Source: Perkinsus chesapeaki ATCC PRA-425 (lineage: Eukaryota; Protista; Perkinsozoa). Taken from it: 38,894 bases of DNA. The notes under the pieces were generated by a model. That model saw only the letters and a program-made list of their open reading frames with translations. It was not told where the DNA came from and searched no databases. The position numbers were made by a program, and so were the translations under genes. The stretch spans positions 1-38,894 of the forward strand of contig JAAPAO010000329.1 in assembly GCA_013115145.1 (NCBI GenBank), in the 5' to 3' direction. Of the stretch, positions 33,639 through 38,894 are shown piece by piece (the first letter of the stretch is position 1; every line of letters begins with the position of its first letter).

Positions 33639-34321
33639 TTATGACGTTGAAGGAGCATTCTGAAGTTGATATCCCTTTTCGTGAAATAGATTTCTCAAAG
33701 TTACAGAAGGAATTAGCGGTTTTCTATTCAAGCTAGGGTGGCTTTGGGTTAGCACCACTCCACCAAGTATGGTATGTGAGTGTTGTGTGCGTAGGTATGT
33801 GAGCCAGCTACGTGAGCCATTACAACTCAACCCTGGCTTGTCGTAAACAACCATTGGTACCGATCCACACATAAGCTGCTTATGGTGAGCCCTCGGTTCC
33901 GAGGAAGCAAAGATTCCGGCGGTGACTTTGCCAAGCTAATTGGTTGAGAATAGAGCTGTTTGAATGGCGCAAGCTTGTTCCTTCTCTTCAAGGCTTTCTC
34001 TTGGCACCTGCGTTCGGGCCTACTGACTTTTGGAAAGCCGACATTCCAGTGAGGTTCACCAGTCTCAGTGCGTGCTATGATGCTATCAACGCTTAGGTCC
34101 ATGGCGTAGAGATAGCCTTCGAGGTGTTCGCGCGGTGGGAAGTTGCACCCCCCGTCAACACAAAGGGGGTTTCCTTTGCGTCCATGGTGCACTTCCTTTT
34201 TCGTTGAGCGTCGCTTTAGTGCAATGAGATTCCAGGAGCTGTAATTCTCTACAGTCAGATATTCACGTTTTAATGTCTTCGATGCATGCCTCCGTGCCAC
34301 TTCACTTTTATAACTCAACAA
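33639..34321 (-). CDS. Hypothetical coding region (independent gene or spliced extension of the transporter)
   Basis: 164-aa ORF without an ATG start, directly after a CTAAT...pyrimidine-CAG acceptor at about 34325-34355; a further ORF at 33639-33872. Confidence 0.35.
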
Positions 34322-34351
34322 ATCTGCAGGGTAAAATATGAAAAACTTCTA

Positions 34352-35467
34352 TTAGCTCCTCGGATAATCGAACCATGGTAACTTGACCACATCTGAGTAG
34401 GCCGCTTGGCTATACGTCAACAGTACAAAACCGACCAGTTGCAGCCAGGACCAAGATGTCCACCTCTCGCCAAACTCTGACCCTGGTAATATGACATAAT
34501 GTATCAGAAGGTCTACCGTCCAAATGACTGCTGTACGGGACGCTTCTATCATTGTTCTATGTACCGCGGTGAGCTTGTATGTCACCATTACGCCAGAGAT
34601 GTTATAACTTAATATCGATACGAAATATATTATTAGATTGGCAACAAGCTGGGGATTGTTTTTCAGCATTTCAAAGGTATCCATGGTATTCTCCAGACTG
34701 CCGCGGTCTTGTCCTGGAAGCCTCTGTAAAACGGGAAATGCTATAAATATCATTAACACACATCCCCAAAGCCCTTCCATCCCAACCAACTGCAAAGGGC
34801 TCACCGTCCACACCTTCAACAAACGTTCTTCACACACGACCTGCCCAGCTTGAACCACTTGCCCGCCGACTATCATCGCCATGCCGAATAACATCAATGC
34901 GGGGTCCTCCCCAGCTGGTGTCGATTCACCCGAACTCATCAGGTTTGAGAAGCCTACGATGAGAATGGCCACCACACACAGTGCTACCGCTCCCCAGTGG
35001 TAAGCATGCAGTTTTCTGCCGAGAAAACACACCGACAGTATCGCACAAAATATGATTTCCGCTCCTCTTAGCATTTGCCATACTGAAGCCGGATTATATA
35101 ACAGCCCAACAAAGCACATGACTGTGGCTGACAAATCCAAGGCGGCTGGTAGGCAAATCACAAGCGACCTTATCATCGGGTTTGAATGGGGGGGCCCTCC
35201 TCGAGCCTCATCATGGTGAAGCAGGGGCTCCTCCTGGTCCACCTTTTGGCCTTCACTTCTCCGTTTTATCGCCACACTGATTAGATGCGCCACGATACTC
35301 AAAGACATGCCCATGAACATCGAGAATGTGTTGAACCATGGCTTAGTGAAGAGATGCTTTTCACCGTCGATACCAACCGACACCGTTTGGAATTGGATTT
35401 TACCGATTAACGTGTTCAGAGCACCGAAGACCAACATACAGACGACGTAAACCACAACCGCCGCCAT
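34352..35467 (-). CDS. DMT-superfamily / SLC35F-like multi-pass transporter, intronless
   Basis: 371 aa, about 10 hydrophobic helices; motifs FTKPWFNTFSMFMG, LPAALDLSAT, SVWQMLRGAEIIFCA, LSAVHR-like LTAVHRTMIEASRT. Confidence 0.88.
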   Translation of the reverse strand: MAAVVVYVVCMLVFGALNTLIGKIQFQTVSVGIDGEKHLFTKPWFNTFSMFMGMSLSIVAHLISVAIKRRSEGQKVDQEEPLLHHDEARGGPPHSNPMIRSLVICLPAALDLSATVMCFVGLLYNPASVWQMLRGAEIIFCAILSVCFLGRKLHAYHWGAVALCVVAILIVGFSNLMSSGESTPAGEDPALMLFGMAMIVGGQVVQAGQVVCEERLLKVWTVSPLQLVGMEGLWGCVLMIFIAFPVLQRLPGQDRGSLENTMDTFEMLKNNPQLVANLIIYFVSILSYNISGVMVTYKLTAVHRTMIEASRTAVIWTVDLLIHYVILPGSEFGERWTSWSWLQLVGFVLLTYSQAAYSDVVKLPWFDYPRS

Positions 35468-35615
35468 ATTTCTGCTAGCCAGTGGAGAAAACCTACGAAA
35501 AAATCATACCAATAATGAAGCCCTGAAACTCTGTGACACGGTGGGCTTTGGAAACGATATTGAGAAAATACTAAGACAACAGAGGAGATATCTCGAACCT
35601 TTCCATGCGAAGGGT

Positions 35616-38600
35616 TCAAACCAAAAAGTTTAGGAAAGCTCGGCGAGTGAGAATGCCAGCAATTCCTGCGTCAACAGCAACAACCGGCAACCCGTCGGTC
35701 TGCACGTCGAGTTTGGTGGCGACTTCCGCGAGAGATGATTCCAAACCGACTGTCAAAGGCGTCGGTTTGTGTCTGAACATGGAGTCACGCGCCATTAAAT
35801 TAGGCACCACTACACCTACTTGCACTTTTCAACAGTGATGCTCTTAGGGTCATCTGCAGCCGTCAATCGTGCATAGAGATTCGCCACCGTGACCATCTCC
35901 ACGAGCGTTGCAGAATCCTTGACCAATCCCACCTGTAAAGTGGAAGATCTCCAAAAGGACAGCACAGTATTGAATATAAACCCCAAGTTAACAGTACGAC
36001 CGTCCATTCTCACTCGATCGAAAAATCTACAAAAGTCATCGACAGAACTGTTGACCTGGTTATTGAATAAAATACGAAAGCCTACCGATTATTATATACA
36101 GTTATATAATTATACAGTATATACAAAGCTACCTAGCTGCCATATTATGTGCATATAATAATACGTATTAACCTTTGTACAAATTATATTAAATACAGCA
36201 TAAAACATTCCTCAACAAATCACACACTGGTTTGATGCTTTTCCCAGTAAGCATGCAAAGCAACCTCTCATACCCACCTGGTCCGAAAAACTAGAGTCCT
36301 TCTCATGCGCCGCGTTAATCGTCTTTATCGCTTCCGCCGCTGTCATTCTCGACTCCACAGTCGCCATTTTCGATAAAACTATCCCCGACTCTTTCACAGT
36401 AACACTCCCCCATGGCTTCTGGCGATACAAATTAAACCTAAAAAACAAACTACCGAAAAAAGACCAGCATTGCCGTATAACGTTGAGAGCTCTTCGAAGC
36501 CGATGAAACCATGAGCAAGCATCCAACCATCATCCAAGAACTGAAGAAAATCCGAACAATCCGCAATTTCGCCCGAGGTCCCCTACGACTCTACTTTTGA
36601 CATGTAGTTCCGCGATGAGTCAGGTAGAAGCGCCACCACTCTCTTGCCGACCATATCCTCCCGCTTCTGTGATTTAATGTAACGAACCTGTCCAACGGGG
36701 ACAAGATATTGCACAACGCTCAAAGGTGAGGTAATCATATACATCCTCAGAAATATATTATTATGAATATTCTTGATGAGAAATCGGTGACTGTAAAAAC
36801 TTCTTATAGACGAGGTCGATAGATACACTCCGTTCAATACTAAGATGATGTTATATATTTATTATACACAATAGTAATACATCGCATCTCGACCACACCG
36901 CCGTGGCACATGAAATCGACGCACTACAATTTCCTCCATTATGGCGTCACCCCTCTTCCCCAAATACTACCGCAGCTGCCACACATGTCCCCGAGCTCCC
37001 CCCAACAGTTAAGCCTTCCAATCTTATCAATTTGCGTGCCATTCCCAATGCTTCACCATCACCAACTTTCATCCATTCGTCGATTACCGAGGGGTCTCTA
37101 TCAAGCACCTGAAATAAGTCCCAAGTTCGATCCCCAGCGGCGGCAGTTCTCCTTACAGTGGGGATGAAATCGTAACCGATGCCCTCTACTTGATATCCTT
37201 GCAGCCTCCCAGGATCATTCAGGGAATCCGGAACGGCAAGAATCGAGCCGACCGGATCAACGCCCACAACGCGGCCTGAAAAGAGGGTTGAAATGTGATG
37301 GAAAGGATGATAATAAACATAAATGATGAGAGCAATATATTAATAAATCGACTGACATACTATTACATAACGAATATGCAATTATTAATCCGATAATGAA
37401 GGAAGATCACAAAGTGGATGTAGAAGTTACACATCATATAACAAGGTGCCCCGAAAAACGTGGGCGTTTTTCAGTATTCGTGCGAAAGATGTATTTGACG
37501 TTATTACGACTTCCACATACTTTTACGATAAACAAGCATCGACGAAAAGCATCCTAAATTCGCCCTCTATTCTCTCATTACATTTCTCGCCAAATTCATC
37601 CTTAAGCTTCCTGGCCACGCCAGTGATAGTTCCTCCTGTACCGGCACCCAGCACCATTCTAAATACACCCACTTGCCACCGCCAAACTCTTACGCAGCCT
37701 CCTCCTTACACGTCCACTTTGCCATCGCATTGCTCTACTATCTCCGCGCCGGTGCCTTCATAGTGTGCCATCGGATTGGCCGGATTTAGATACTGAATAA
37801 TGTAAATACTAACATTTATTGCAAGTATATAATAAAGTTTGCCAATGAAGGGCTTATTAGACTTGTAGTTATTACTCATTTCCTATATACTATTACTTAT
37901 AATTAATATCAACATTCTTGCTCAATAGCTTCATAACACATCCGAAGCCATGAGAGCTAACCAGAGATGCCGACAACGATTGTGCTAATTCCCTCACAAT
38001 TTCGTGGCGCGTGAAGGCCAGTCCTACTAAACAAATTTTAATCATCTACTGTACATAACCTAATTCTTGCATTTTTATGGTTATAGATGTCCTATCCCAT
38101 CGACGTACAGGAATCCAAATGCGTGCCACACGACAGAGAAATAATATCAGTAAACAGCATTGCAACAACAACTATTATTAAGTATTGGTACTTATACTCC
38201 TTCCATAAGTACTTGTACTTAGTATTGTTAATACTAACCCACACTAACCTGATCCAGTATATGACTCCTTGGTATCTTCTTTTGTAGTTTAATAGCCAAA
38301 CCAATGTGTGATTCCGGAGAGTTCCATGCAGCTTCATTCGGTGTACCTAACAAGGCACTATCCTGTCGCGTTGAACATTATTAATTTCACAAAGTGGAAT
38401 GACAAATTTATTCGAACCTTTTATTCTTAATACGTATTGAAATTCCACCTCAACTACTCTACATTCACCGGTGCAAGGTCGTGGGCGAAATTAAAGCAAT
38501 CATGTGGCCACCAAAAAATGCAGATGATGGTACCAAACCGAGTTGACATAATATTACACCATTACACAGCTCTCGACACTTCACCAATATATATTGTCAT

Positions 38601-38707
38601 CGTAGGCAGCCCTCTACTTACGCAGAATCTCCGCCCCGAGAGCCTTCATCATGTTGATCTTCTCACCGCTCATCTTCTCTGGCATTGTTATTACCATTTT
38701 GTAACCC
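35616..38707 (-). CDS. CBS: Cystathionine beta-synthase with C-terminal CBS domains; 5' exons beyond window
   Basis: GYKMVITMPEKMSGEK, TPNEAAWNSPESHI, ILDQ/YLNPANPMAHY, GAGTGGTITG, YQVEGIGYDFIPT/VLDR, EGLTVGGSSG, LPDSSRNYMSK/FLDD. Confidence 0.92.
35773..35819 (-). other. 47-nt intron carrying CTAATTTAATGGCGCGTGAC (sense)
   Basis: Joins VEKC-K-HKPTP; motif at 35784-35803. Confidence 0.65.
37109..37156 (+). other. 48-nt intron made of a tRNA 3'-half-like sequence (antisense to host)
   Basis: CTGAAAT AAGTC CCAAG TTCGATC CCCAG CGGCGGC A GTTCTCCTTAC. Splits the conserved FIPT/VLD motif. Confidence 0.82.
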
Positions 38708-38894
38708 TAAAGGCCGAACCGGAATATTTGCACACTTCTTCTACTACACTGCGCGTCAAATTCTTATCAACTCGTGTTTTACAAGGATTTAAGAACAACT
38801 AAGGTGTACTCATCAACGATCACCTCAAGGATATGTTCCCTAGTCAAAATAAGTATATCCTCCAAGTTTCAGAGCCAAACTCCTTGTCAGTAGT

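Noticed and set aside
36212-36526. ORF ending CVIC as another CaaX protein
   Set aside because: It is a CBS exon read through its CAG/GTGGG donor into the intron.

Overview
Eukaryotic, gene-dense DNA with many 40-60 nt GT-AG introns. The gene content (S8 subtilisins, small lineage-specific secreted proteins, an axonemal SHIPPO-repeat gene) suggests a Perkinsus-like alveolate; this is an inference. Genes called from 1 to 22354 are all on the minus strand: KH protein, ankyrin protein, an RCC1 + IPT/TIG protein, several signal-peptide paralogs, hypothetical genes, a SHIPPO protein and a CGFS glutaredoxin. A plus-strand pair follows (PPWD1, an EGF-TM protein), then a 30-bp minisatellite with an assembly gap. 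The rest is minus strand again: two intronless subtilisins, a DMT/SLC35-type transporter and a partial cystathionine beta-synthase. Main discovery: ten introns in five unrelated genes consist largely of a tRNA 3'-half-like sequence (variable loop, T-arm/B-box, 7-nt acceptor strand, usually A, then a T-rich tail). They lie in either orientation, in near-constant register with the splice sites, and no 5' halves were seen. Two other short orientation-independent motifs recur in introns. Three putative secreted paralogs end in polybasic + CaaX boxes. All exon/intron boundaries were inferred by eye from GT-AG sites and reading-frame continuity; no RNA data or database searches were used.
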